DNA of 63,193 bases, the filler included, from Choristocarpus tenellus KU-1152 (Eukaryota; Protista; Phaeophyceae), in NCBI GenBank assembly GCA_964200185.2. It is 11 parts of 11 records of this genome, joined end to end, with 100 filler letters (N's around TTAATTAATTAA, not from the genome) between each part and the next. Parts side by side here need not be neighbours in the genome. Positions count along the whole stretch, not along the records: positions 10,754 to 17,996 come from CAXNAD020006475.1; positions 18,097 to 20,823 come from CAXNAD020025271.1; positions 20,924 to 30,160 come from CAXNAD020003852.1; 8 more parts are not named here. One strand, 5' to 3'. Positions 13,641 to 25,862 of this stretch are shown piece by piece. Under the pieces are notes generated by a model. It did no database searches. It saw nothing but the letters and a program-made list of their open reading frames with translations, and was not told where the DNA came from. The translations under genes were made by a program, and so were the position numbers. The number at the start of each line of letters is the position of its first letter. The stretch's first letter is position 1.

Positions 13641-15129
13641 GAGGGGTGTGGAGAAAAAACAGAAGACAATTTTAACCATACAGCATGAGCTCCAAGGGGA
13701 TGAACAAACAGGGCACCAATTCGGTAATTGATGAGCCTGAACATGAGGGTGTCCCTCTTCAGTTTTGTCCGAAGTTTACATCGCCCAGTGATGGGCAACT
13801 CCTCCGCCAAAGCAATAGTTCGACTTGTCCACCATTATGAAAACTTAAGGCAAAATAGAAACAGAAGATGCACCAGGTAGGTGCAAATCACTGCGGGTTA
13901 CAGTGAGTCAGTCAGGGCAAAAATATGCTACCAACGCCAACTGCAGCACAGAGGATAACGATAATGACATGAGCAACACTGGCATGTGCGTGTAAGGTGG
14001 AAGAATGAGGAAGAACGACAAATAAATGCAATTACATTTCCAAAGGTATTCTGTACCCTCTGACTTGACCAACATTTTTTTCCAAACTAGCGCTTTCCTC
14101 TCAACATTCTTCCACGCAAATAATATCAACGATTGGGCGCAATTTGACTATCTTGTGTGAGTTGTCACCTTCCTGCCATAACCATTTGGAACCCTCCCCC
14201 CCCAAAAATGACGTTATGATATTATGATATTATAATATTACATAGTCGTCCTCTCCCATATTTCTTTGCCTGGAGTGAACATATGACAGCATTATTGTTT
14301 CCTCATCTGAGTGAACGACAGGGAAAGTTCGACCATCTCAATTACGTTTTGTACGGAACAGTGGCAACCTCCTTCTGACCACCGATATCAATAAACAAAA
14401 CGCAAAAACTATCGGACAAATTACAGCCATTTCATGCCTCTGTACTCTACATAGTTACCTCAATCATTTTACTCAAACCGAGAGACGTTGGGAACTGATC
14501 TCAGTTCAATCCACATCCGCGTGCACACACAAGTGCATTGCATCGACATTTCTTTGTCATTCGTGCTGTTCCCGTAAACATCAAAGACAACGAAGAAGCA
14601 GTGGTAAGAGTTTATCAGACCTCTTGCCCTTGACGGTTACAAATATGTGACATCACCAATCGGATGCAACATTTCATCTCAACTTCTCCGAAGATTTTGA
14701 CGAATGAGAGAGTTTGGGGTTTCCTGAACCCGACCATGAAACCACTGGTGATTCTCAACAACTACGACTGATTGGGCCCTACTTCAGGACAGAATTGTTT
14801 TTGTGTTTCAGGTTTTGAGAATAGATACAAAGAGGGGTTTACTCTTTGAACTAAAAAATGGAGAGTGAATGGCGTGTCCCGAAAGGTGTGGGTACACGTG
14901 TTGGGTTTCTAATTCTGCTTCAGAGAACGATGCATGAATCAGTGTGGATAGTGATGATGGCAACCTACATTGCTTTTAGATCTGTATACATATATTTCTC
15001 CCATTTCGTTGGGAATCCTGTTACATGTATCCCCCGATTGTGCTACTGTCTCCTCTGGCCTGGCATGTCCTTCCTTTGTCTGGAAAAAATAGACTCCAGC
15101 CCACTTGTCGGTTGAAGACGTATCCTCAA

Positions 15130-15770
15130 CCTTGGAAGGCGCCTGGTAACTCCCAGGGTCTGAGCAGCTACGAAATTTCTGGAACAGCCACCCGACCTAA
15201 CGCGTAATATGGTTGTTCAATGTACGATGTTGACCAGAAGCAAGTTGTGTGCTGCATCTTTTTCCATGACAGCATCCGTAAACGTTTCGAGCATCTTTGC
15301 AGCACACATGAAAGTAATGCATGGTAGTTTTCTTTATCAACTATTGATTACCTCAGCGAAATAACGCAGAATTGGTACGAAGTATAGTGGGCCTTGTTTA
15401 GTTTAGATTGGATCGATTAGCTTCGTTAGTGTTGTAAGTGTTTTACCCTTGTACCTCTTCCATGCCTATCAAATATTTCACTGATGTGGATCGTAGTACC
15501 TTGAGTAAGCTCTTCTACTACCGCTTCTTGCGACCATGCTAGGTGACAATCAACGCGTGATCCGTAGCTATTTCTATCAACAGCATTTTCTTCCACGACG
15601 GGTGATATGTCCACCCAACTCAACATTTGACACCAAAACACTTCAAATTTTTCAACAAGTTCCAAATCCTTACCGTCTATCCCATGCTGACCAAACTCTT
15701 CCCTACCCAAACTAATTGGGTAGGAATCTCTCCCGTCGTAGGTCAAGAACTTGGTTGTCATTCGACTAAT
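15130..15770 (-). mobile_element. Decayed Ty3/Gypsy gag-protease relic, probably intronic
   Basis: Gag-like FLTYDGRDS...ELVEKFEVF...ELTQGTTIHISEIFDR, followed downstream by retropepsin-like TILRVRSGGCSRNFV (compare DSGASRNF). Confidence 0.45.
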
Positions 15771-16435
15771 ACATGAGGGCCGGTGCGGTCGGACGAAGTT
15801 GCAGCTTTTAGATGAACCCTTTTCTGCAGTGCCGATTGCATTTATTTCTACTCCAACCTGTGACCGGAATCAACACTACACAGTCAACATCTCTGCCTTA
15901 TTGTAGATGTCCAAAGATCCATGGTTAATTTGCGAAGTACTGTGGAAGTAGTGTAACTCGATCCTCAGTTGTCACAAGTTAACCTCCCAGCATGGTGCCG
16001 ATGATGCCCTGTCAGCTCCGAATGCTAATTTGATGTGATCGAATGTAGAGTCCTCCAACCCATGAAATCAAGGAAGGCACATTTTTTTAGCACAAGAGAC
16101 CCTCAGCTGAAGGAAGCAACTCAACTATTCCGTGTATTGTTATTTGCTCCTTGTACCAACTCCGTTTCATTCTCATCTACGTTATATCCCATCAACATTT
16201 GCATCAGGCAAGGAGTACACACCTCCACTCCTCCTCACACCTAAACCTTTCTTCTACAGCTCGATAGTATGCACAATACACAACTTCTCCGATATTTTAC
16301 TTTGGTGACACTCTTTTATCACAATTCATGGTTTGCACTGCCAAAATCCTCCTACCTCTTCCCCTCCCCCCATTCCCTGCAACCCTCATTTTCTCCTGTC
16401 CGGCTCCCTTCGATGCCTCCTCCTGTTTGGATCAG

Positions 16436-16815
16436 GTGGGCTACACGAACGACTTGTCCAACCCTCCTTGGGTCCAGATGCCTCTGAATATTCTGAGGCT
16501 GTGTGTCCACCTCAAACGACTGCGCAGCACCAAGATTGCAGGCCTCATCATTCAAACCCCATCTCCGCCTCTGGTGGCGAGAAGGCTCATAATTTTCTGC
16601 ATGTGCTCATCTACGTGATGTCTACCAGTGCAGTGGCTACTATCTTTGGATATGACTTCGGGATCACGGCGTGGGTACTGGTAGAAATTGAGGATTATGC
16701 TGAGCAGCAATCAAGTCATGTTTACGTCTTGCTGGACGAGTACGCTATCATCTTGGGGTTACTGGTGGCTTGCGTGTCCATAGGGGGAGTCATTGGTGCG
16801 GTCGTAGCCCACAAG
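16436..16815 (+). CDS. Exon of an MFS sugar-porter family transporter (TM1-TM2)
   Basis: STSAVATIFGYDFGIT (sugar-porter FGYD motif) and LLVACVSIGGVIGAVV. Pyrimidine tract plus CAG acceptor at 16435, AAG|GTAGGA donor at 16816. Other exons were not identified. Confidence 0.88.
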
Positions 16816-17424
16816 GTAGGAATGAATATAAATAGTGCCAATTTATTTTTTAAAGGGGGTGGGGGGTGGGGAGCTCTCAACACTGAATGTGTCTTCTTTT
16901 TTTTGTCTAGATTCATGACGTGGTTTGGATGCAACTTATTGATTCTGTTCTCTTTGATCTAGCCAACCAATTGAAGCACTGCACGTTTGTTCTCTTTTTT
17001 TGTGTATGTGGGGGGGGGGGGGTTACATCCATGTTGTTCTGCAGTTTATGTCCTCTGCGTTTCTATATAAAATCAAGTGGCATTGTTTTGTGATAGGCAT
17101 TCTGGGTTTCTAACATGGCGTTCACCTGAGGCACTTCAGTATTTATTAGTTTTTTTGTTGGTTTCATGACAGTTACGAAATTGAGATGTCAAGTATGACA
17201 GTAGTACGCCATGAGGACATCCGTGGTGGTGAGAGCAGAGCGCTATCGGAGGAAATTGTTGCACTCAAGAGCAGTTTCTTGATACGTCATTAACCTACCA
17301 CGTGTGCTTTAACTTTGTGTTGGAATAAAACGCTGCAGACGAGAATAACATTTCAGAACCAATAAACCAACAATTGTGTCCTGAAATGTTATTTTTTGCT
17401 TTTGTGTGCGTGTGCGCGAGTGCG

Positions 17425-17464
<40 letters not shown>
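17425..17464. repeat. (TGTC)10 microsatellite
   Basis: Read directly from the sequence. Confidence 0.97.
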
Positions 17465-17467
<3 letters not shown>

Positions 17468-18096
17468 GTGTGTGTGTTTTTTTTTGTTTTTTTTTCTCCA
17501 ATAGCCCTTTCTATTTCGAGAATAATATTAAAAAATATATGTGTTTTAATACAGTTTTCCGCTTGTTGACAACTGCTTGACATCTCAATCAACTGCCATG
17601 GTTGAGTAGGTAGACGCTCCCAACCCAGCAGCGTCCTTTACAGTAAGAAAACGCAAACTGCTGCAATGGTCCCAATCACACGTCTGGCATGAGATACTGC
17701 TCTTCAAGTACGTACACACACATTTTTACGTGTGATACTCGAGCATAAGTATAAATAAGCACACTTATTTTTTTGTTTTGTTTCCAGAAATTTAGAATTT
17801 GTGAGCTGACACGCCTTCCGCAAGCAGCTTGACCCACTGCTCTCAAGAGGTGATTTCCCCTCTATGTACCAACCTCCATGAGCAACGTATCTCCCACGGA
17901 GCTCGATGGTTGCGGATTGTGTTTCCCGTATCTACCCATTCCCCTCTTGCTCCCCGCTGTGTGTGACCTGGCGGCAGCGTTCGGTAACCTCCCCCCNNNN
18001 NNNNNNNNNNNNNNNNNNNNNNNNNNNNNNNNNNNNNNNNTTAATTAATTAANNNNNNNNNNNNNNNNNNNNNNNNNNNNNNNNNNNNNNNNNNNN

Positions 18097-18267
18097 GGGG
18101 GGGGGGGCGGGGCGGGGGCTACACCAGAGTGTCCATTTGGACCAAAATCAGGAAAAGTGCACTTTCATTATCCATCCAACGTAAGGAACCAAATCACCCA
18201 AGAATCGAGACCTGAAAAAATTGACCCCAAATTGACAGCCTCCACCCCCTCCCAGATACTTTGACCC
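18097..18267. mobile_element. Family B MITE (~190 bp), left tip lost at contig edge, abutting Gypsy integrase
   Basis: Poly-G, then GTCCATTTGG, ... CCCCAAATTGAC ... CCCAGATACTTTGACCC. Confidence 0.8.
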
Positions 18268-18496
18268 CTAGTTTTTGTGAAAGAAGGAGACAGCTCTATC
18301 CATGGGGGAAAACGAGGTGAGACAGAAGTGGGTAGAAAGCTAGTCCATGAAAGATGGACGGGACCATGGATGGATGTAAAGGAAATTTCACGTCAGAGTA
18401 ATAGCATGACAGTCGAATTGCTGGGTAGGCAAACATGCACACGTAATGTTCATGCTTCTCATGTGAATCCCTTCCTCATAAGATCCACTCATCTGA

Positions 18497-18756
18497 GAGT
18501 CAAAGTATCTTAGAGGGTAAAGCCGCGTCCATTTGGGGGCCAAAATCCAATGTTGCAATTTTGAGGAAATTTTGGCTGATCATGTTTGTTAGGAGATGTC
18601 AATATCCTTGTTCCACATACACCTTTTCACAATGTAAACAATTTACCTACTCCGGAACATCTTGGAGTAGGTAAAATGTCATTAAGAACCCGTGGGAAGC
18701 CAAGCTCCAAATGGACAAACAGGGCAGAAATCGAACCCACTAAGATACTTTCACTC
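18497..18756 (+). mobile_element. MITE family A, 4-bp TSD CTGA
   Basis: Both TIRs present. Removing the element plus one CTGA restores the frame RSTHLRHSFQDEYAQLVW. Confidence 0.96.
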
Positions 18757-19911
18757 CTGAGACATAGCTTTCAGGACGAATATGCCCAACTGGTATGGGA
18801 ACCTAGGTCTAACAGAGGAATCCGTGGTAGCAACCCCCTATGTACACCCTACTGATAGGAAAACAGAATTGTCGCCATCCAACGTATGGCACTGGGAGTA
18901 CAAGGGGAAGTATCAGAATGGAGAACTGTCAGATTGGGTAACCGAAAAAGAAGCTATGGATAGCTTCACCCCGATACCATTGGATGTCTTCCATGCCCTC
19001 TGGGACCTCTCTATAATCCAGACTCGAGCCTACGTCCTATTGACACCTCTCCCCAAGGAAAAACCCCTGTCCCGAGAGGACTCACTACGCCTTTTCCCCA
19101 CAGGTACCACTGTCAAGAAGTCGTGGAAGGACGAGAAAGGAAGAGATAAGTGGTACAAAGTTACAGTTTTTGACTTCAAGTCACCTTACTGAAGGGTACG
19201 GTTTAATGATGGAGATTGGGAGGAATTGAGCAAAAGCTAAATGAATTGCTTCTCCCAAAAATGATCCAACAAGTAACCCCTGTACATCCAGAAGATAAGG
19301 TACGTGAGGACTAGCCAATTCATGTAAGAACACAGGAATCAAACATTGATTGTCCTAGTCCTCGAAGAGAACGTAGGGCAGCAGAAGTCAGAAACATGAA
19401 GTAATCATATCACACCAGGCAGTTATTTTCGTAGGATGCTTTTATTTTTCCTTCTCTTTTTTATTTTATTTTATTTTTTTCCTTTCTTTCTCCCTTTCTG
19501 TCAGACCAGGTATCCCCTTACGTCCTTTGCTCTATCTTTCTTCAATTCTTTCTTTTCTGTCCCTTGTCTCCTTTATTTTATTTTATTTTATTTTTTTTAC
19601 TCATTTTTTTGTTGGCGTTGATGTTGATCTTATTACCTATTTTACGTACTAGCAGCCGTCAGTATGCTTCGTGCTGGGGGGCATGAGGCAGGCAATAATC
19701 AGATGATACTTAGCACCTTAAGGAAGCTGTACTTTAGAAAGAGTAAAGGTATACTCAGATTAGGCTAGATGCAGACAGATTTCTCCAAGTAAGATAAGGA
19801 TATATGTTTGGCCCTAGTAGAAGGTACTTTTTTGCTCTTCTTTCTCCTTGCCACAGGATGATCTGAGGTGATGATTGATGATATCTATTGTCTTCAACGT
19901 TGACAATTTCC

Positions 19912-20170
19912 GAGTCGAAGTATCTTAGAGGGTAGAGCCGCGTCCATTTGGGGGCCAAATTTCAATGTTGTGATTTCGATGAAAGTTTTGCTATTGTGTT
20001 TGCTAGAAAGTGTCAATATCCTTGGTTCTGGACACCCATTCTCATAACGTATATATATTACCCACTCCAGAACATTTCGGAGTAGTTGAGGTGTCATAAG
20101 AACCCGTGGGAAGTCAAACCTCAAATGGGCGAATAGTGCAAAACTCCTACCCTCTAAGATACTTTCGCTC
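19912..20170 (+). mobile_element. MITE family A inside LTR
   Basis: Both TIRs; TSD TTCC/TGCC. Confidence 0.95.
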
Positions 20171-20764
20171 TGCCTGCAGTAGGCTTTTCTTTATATAGAA
20201 TACATTTATTATTATTATTATTTTATACTTTTGAAGTCCCAGCTCACAAGGAACAGGCATACTCGGATTAGGCAGACGCAATTTGAATGAAATTGTATCC
20301 TGTGACCTTGTGGACGGACATTTTCAAAGGGGAACATGGAGATAAATTAATCACATTTGTGATTAGGGAGATCGGAACTGGTGTCCCATTTATTCTAGGC
20401 CATATCGGAGACGTATGCTTTGCAACTTTTGAAGGTGTGTTTCAGAAGGAGCAAGTATACACTCAGATTAGCCCAGATGCAAACTATCACGGACGGTATT
20501 CTGTGCCTCTTGGGATATATATTCCCAAGAAAACAAGGATATATGTTGATTGATTCTGGAAGTAGTTGGAGTTATTTTTTTTTAATAGAAAAGTATATAC
20601 TCTGATTCAGTCAGACATTTATTGATTTTGACTGTGTCTTAAGACTTTTGAGGATTCATTTCCAAAAGAAACTAGGAGATGTCGCTCATTGTTGGAAAAA
20701 AAATGGTTAATTTGGAACTGGAGTCCCTGTATTGGAAACAACTGGCAAATTTGGAACTGGAGCC

Positions 20765-20823
20765 AGCTAAAAGTATCTGGGGGGGGGGGGGTCTACACCA
20801 GGCGTCCATTTGGGGACAGCCGT
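20765..20823. mobile_element. Family B element end at contig edge
   Basis: AAAAGTATCT, poly-G, then CTACACCAGGCGTCCATTTGGGG. Confidence 0.8.
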
Positions 20824-20923
20824 NNNNNNNNNNNNNNNNNNNNNNNNNNNNNNNNNNNNNNNNNNNNTTAATTAATTAANNNNNNNNNNNNNNNNNNNNN
20901 NNNNNNNNNNNNNNNNNNNNNNN

Positions 20924-21011
20924 TTCCGGGTCTTGGCCCAAAAAGCCCCCCTGGTGTACCCCCCCCCCCCCCTCTTCCCCCCCCCCCCCCCCCCCCCAGA
21001 TACTTTGGGTC
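20924..21011. mobile_element. Family B element end at contig edge
   Basis: Poly-C followed by AGATACTTTGGGTC. Confidence 0.75.
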
Positions 21012-23328
21012 AGATGTGGTTATTTCATCCTCATGGGATATACAAAAACCAACTACTCAACACAAAGAGGTATGCTGTTGCACCAGACACAATGAGTGCG
21101 AACAGAGCATGGTAAGCAGTGCCAGACTGCTAACAAACAAATGTTGGTTGCGGAGGGGCACTGAGTTCAAACCAAGTCAAACATTCCTGGGGAATATATT
21201 CTGCATCACCAGGTGCAAAGCGTGTGCCTTCCTGACAGTGCCTTCCTGACAGTGGCTGATGTTACGATATGAGTTTTAAGATATTTGATGAGATGAAATG
21301 CCCTTGGAGTTTTGATCAGTGCTACTAGAAATGGGGGGCAGTCGTTTTTGTGTATTTAGGGACACGAAATTTTTGGTTCTGTTGGCAGTGTGGTTCACTC
21401 AGACGAAGGGGTGGTAAAGAGAAGCAGAGGGTAAGAATGGACAAGACAAGACAGCCCAAGGGCAGAAACTGAAAGCAGCGAAGACGGGTGGCATTTGCTG
21501 CAAAAGTAGAAGCGGTTGGGGACATCATTGAGGAGAGAATGGGCCAAAGAGAGGAACGTGATGAGTTATAACAAATTGATTCAACCGCCAGAAACGAGTG
21601 GTTTTGATTCGTCCTCATCATCCAGCTCATTGTCGTCATTTGAAGAAGGATTTGTGCCCAAGGGTCGTAGGTGAGGATGAACCTCATCCCATCTGGCGGA
21701 TGGTAGGGATGGACAAAACTGTCTTCCATGCTTGGTTTTTTCTATTGACTCGATTGCGACACTGGCAGAGTTCTTTCAAGGATTGCCTGCCGTCCTTGGC
21801 GTGGTTTACAGGTCAAGAGGTAGAGCATCTTGAGCTTAGAAGAGGTTTGGCGACAAGCTGTCGGGATACATTGCACCTTATCTCAACCAATGCGTAAGGA
21901 TGAACAAACAAGTCCTCCTGAGTAGCTTTAGGATGTCAAACTATAAGATGACCGCTGTGAAGATGTACACTCAGTTGGATATGGGCAACTGGACTTATGT
22001 GATCTTGGCTATTAGCCTTATCCGTGTTGGTGCTGCTAAACCCCTCCTGAGACATCGCTGCTTCTTGAGCGGTTGACAGTGGCGAGGGCAGTGAGGAGAC
22101 CTGGAAAGAACTCTGTGGGTGTCGCAATCACCATTGGTGACATGATACTCTAGGAATGGAAGAGAGTCTGTTCTACCCCCTATTATCTGCCCTCGATTAG
22201 TGCCGATCCTTGTCTATATTCCTAGGACGGAGATCCTTCAGATGATGAGAACGGACTGGATGGGATGAATTGAACCAGTTGCTGCTCGATGAATGTAAGT
22301 CGTTGATTTCGTCGCCTTCCTCAACTTGGGCCATCCTATGCTCGAACAATGTCCCCGATTTATTATGCTTCTGCTTCAGCAATTCGTCCTGCTCATCATT
22401 GCGGCTGTCGACATCATCTGCCCTTAGACTTCAATATGTTCCTTGGGATAGCAATCTCGATTGTCCCCCATTGTAAATTCACTATGGTCACCAATAGGAA
22501 CAGTAAGGTCCTGTTGGTGTTGCGGTTCACACAAACAAAGGTGGTGAAGAAAATCAAGAGGAAAGAGTGGACCAGATGGACCAAGATAGACCATGATCAA
22601 GAGAACAAATGAAGGTTGGACAATGACAGGTGTGGACTGAACGGAAGAATCAAGGGATCCTTGCCGAATGGTACCTTTGCAGAGACTCCGCCCTCAGAAC
22701 CGCGCCCTTCACCCATATTAACATATTGATCTGAAGAATTCCCTCATTTTAATGTGGAACTAGGGTTCTTGAATAGAGCTTGTACGGTATGTTGATAGTT
22801 GGGAGATGGAAGGTATAATAACGGGCAACCTTGACGGATAGGAAAGACCCTGATAGGAATCTATCTTGCCCCGAGAAGGGTAGCTGGAAGTGTCCCTTGA
22901 ACTTAGCAAGGCAGAGAGATCCTTGGTGAAACTCTTGAGTCGCAAAGTACTACTGAAGGAGTACCTCAGGCCTGCTCTCCTCTATCATCGTCATCATCAA
23001 CATCATGATTATTATTATTATTATTGTTTACTTTTATTACTTCATCTACAAAATTTTTCTGGAGTCCAAAGCTGGTTACTGAAACCCAGAGTGAGGTTTC
23101 ACAGAAATAGTCTTTTTTTTGTGGCCGTTGAGTTTTGTGATAAGGAAGTGAAATGGAATATTCTCATGCATACTGTACATCACTGGTGGGGAGCTTGTTG
23201 AAATGAGAGGCGTTATCTTATGCCGTGTCGTCTGTGTGCGCACGTTCTGTTATCATTTTTATATGGACAACATAGAATGCACTATTATTGTCGTACTGCA
23301 ACTGCCCCACTTTGTTGTTTCGGTGACT

Positions 23329-23631
23329 GGGTCAAAGTCAACGAGAGGTGCCCAAGGTTGCATTTTAAGAAAGCTGAGAAACGGGCAAAGTTCGACTTTT
23401 TTTATTCAAATGCGTGTTGCGACTTTTGTGGTTTCAGTCGATTTTTTTTTTACCACAGAGAAATTAACCTCTGGCATTTTGCAGATGTGTCAGGGGGGAA
23501 ACTAATGAAAACTATACATATGTCAGTTACATAGAAATGATAAAAATATGGATATATTACAAAATATGAAAAAGGTGACTTAAAATGCAAAATAAGCAAA
23601 GCCTGGGTACCTCTCGTTTGCTTTTTGACTC
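23329..23631 (+). mobile_element. MITE family D, copy 1
   Basis: GGGTCAAAGTCAACGAGAGGTGCCCA ... TGGGTACCTCTCGTTTGCTTTTTGACTC; TSD GACT/AACT; homologous to 52688-52946. Confidence 0.85.
23462..23528 (+). repeat. Hairpin repeat family H (Helentron/HINE-like end)
   Basis: CCTCTGGCATTTTGCAGATGTGTCAGGGGGGAAACTAATGAAAACTATAC. Confidence 0.8.
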
Positions 23632-24661
23632 AACTAGTACGTCAGGATGTGTGTGATGAAGATTTTCTAGATGCCAAAAGGCCAACAAAACGTTGTGTTC
23701 CTATTCCGAAAAAAATCAAGAAATTATAATCAATTAAAAAAAAGATCGCGTTCAGGGACGAAAAGACCTGTTACTTCTATTAGAATCCTCTTCGTTCACT
23801 AATTTAGTTCTTTTCTCTATGTTGAAGATGCCAAAGAGTTTAGAAATAGTTACACAAATGTTTGGTCACTAATGAGGCGTTGTGGTTGTGTGTTTGTAAC
23901 GTCCAAGGGGTTGAAAATGCTGGATATGAGAGATGGTCAACCATTTTCTAACTATTTCTAAATCATGAAAAGTCTTTGGTGACATCCATAATATTGAGTT
24001 AAAAACGAATTTAGTAGAAGATTTTTTTTTGAACGAAATGAATCATGAGTTGTATACACCCGTCCACTTCCAGCCCAACCCACCTTCCTCATTCCAGCAT
24101 CAAATCTCTTCTGACCCGCTGGTGACCACAACAACAGCGAGGAAGCTCTGCATAGGCAATCGTGGATTTCAATGTAATTGACCTAGCCTTCCCAAACGTG
24201 CTATGCAAGGCCTAATATGGCATTGAGGTGGTATTTTTGTCGGTTATGGGGGTGAAACGTAATACTGAATATGAAAATAGTGATTAAGAAATATTGGAAC
24301 CATTTCTAAAACCCTTAGGCATCTTCAATGCACAGAAAATAGTGAATTTATTAGACGAGCATTTTAAGAACTGGAACAGGTCTTTTCGTCCCTGAGTGCG
24401 ATCTTTTTGGAAAGATGATAACTGTCTTGATTTCAGAGTGACTTTTTTACGGAATAGGAATATAAAGTTTTGCTGATCGCTTGGCATCTAGAGCAAACTT
24501 TGTCATGTATTGCTCTGACGAACCAGTCACCGCAACAAGAATTGAAGTCTATAGCAGGACAATAGCATCGTGCTCTTTATTGGTCTTCAAATGTCTAAAG
24601 TATTGCGTTCACTGTTTGGCATCACATATAAAAGTATTCATAGCATGTTTTCTTACGCACC

Positions 24662-24924
24662 GAGTGAAAGTATCGTAGGGTTAGGGTACGAGTTTTGCCC
24701 TGTTTGTCCATTTGGGGCATGGCTTCCCATGGTCTTTTTTTATGGCATTTTCATACTCCAAAATGTTTAGAAGTAGGTCAAATGTGTACGTTATGAAAAG
24801 GTGTATCCGGAACAAGGATATTGACACTTCCTAACAAACATAATAGTCAAAATAACATCAACATGACAACATTGGATTTTGGACCCAAATGGACGCGGCT
24901 CTACCCTTTAAGATACTTTGGCTC
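24662..24924 (-). mobile_element. MITE family A (reverse)
   Basis: Both TIRs; flanks ACC/ACC (3 bp). Confidence 0.95.
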
Positions 24925-25601
24925 ACCAATCACTGCAACAACATAGTGGGGCACGTGCAGTAGGACAATTACATGCAGAGTTATCAGCCTCGAAACGGCA
25001 ATAATAGAGCGTGTACAAAATAAGGCCTCTTCTTCCAAAGCTTCTTATTCTAGTGATTAACTACTGCATGCATAAGCAAATTCCATTTCATTTCTGTCTT
25101 GGAGAACTCAACAGGAAAAAAAGTCAACTTCTTGGAAATAGCACTCTGGAATTCAATCACCTCACTCCGGGCTAAGGAATGAATTAATGTACAGGAAACG
25201 ATGAGAGTTCATGCAACCTACCACCTAATATTGTGTTGGTGTTGTTGTATGGAACTTGACCTGGTACTGCTGATGTGTGCCTGATAGCGGATACTCGGAG
25301 TACATACCGTTCTTGGGTTAATTCTTGTTCTTGATGCTGGAGGTGATGATACTGTTTCGTTTTTCTTGCCTTGAAAAGATGTCGATTTTGTTGCATTTCC
25401 TCCTTTTTGGGTCTTTCCAATATTTACTTTTGTGACATTGTTGTATTGCTGCATCCCTTCTTTTTTTTGTTTCGGACATACTCTTTTTTTGCTGCTGTCC
25501 TTTTTGTATTGGTTTCTGACCACGGGTCCGAGCACGACGCATATCTCTTCTTTGTGAAATAAATGTGCGCCACTTTTTTGAGTATATTGGATCAAGCATC
25601 A

Positions 25602-25862
25602 GAGCCAAAGTATCTTAGAGCGTAGAGCCGCCCGCATCCATTCAGGGGCCAAAATCCAATGTTATTTTGATGTGATTTTGGGCATCGTGTTTGTTAGGAA
25701 GTATCATTATCCATGTTCTAATCACACGTTTTCATAACAAATACATTTTACCTACTCCAAAACATTTTGGAGTAAGAAAATGTCATTAAAAAAAATGGGA
25801 AACCAAGCCCCCAAAAATGGACAAACAGGGCAAAACTCGTACCCCTCAAGATACTTTCACTC
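25602..25862 (+). mobile_element. MITE family A, 4-bp TSD ATCA
   Basis: Both TIRs; perfect ATCA/ATCA. Confidence 0.96.

Larger units (their letters stand above)
18268..20407 (+). mobile_element. Gypsy 3' end, copy 2: integrase GPY/F, chromo-like and Tudor-like domains, PPT and LTR (19684-20407)
   Basis: RKLVHERWTGPW...VHASHVNPF; WHWEYKGKYQNGELSDWVTEKE; LFPTGTTVKKSW...WYKVTVFDFKSPY*RVRFNDGDWEELS. GGGGGGCA|TGAGG marks the LTR start. Carries two MITE A insertions. Confidence 0.85.
23260..24590. mobile_element. Foldback / long-TIR non-autonomous element
   Basis: 23633-23872 is the diverged reverse complement of 24279-24532 (CAGGGACGAAAAGACCTGTT / AACAGGTCTTTTCGTCCCTG). The left arm continues to the left of the MITE at 23329. 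Outer limits are approximate. Confidence 0.75.
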
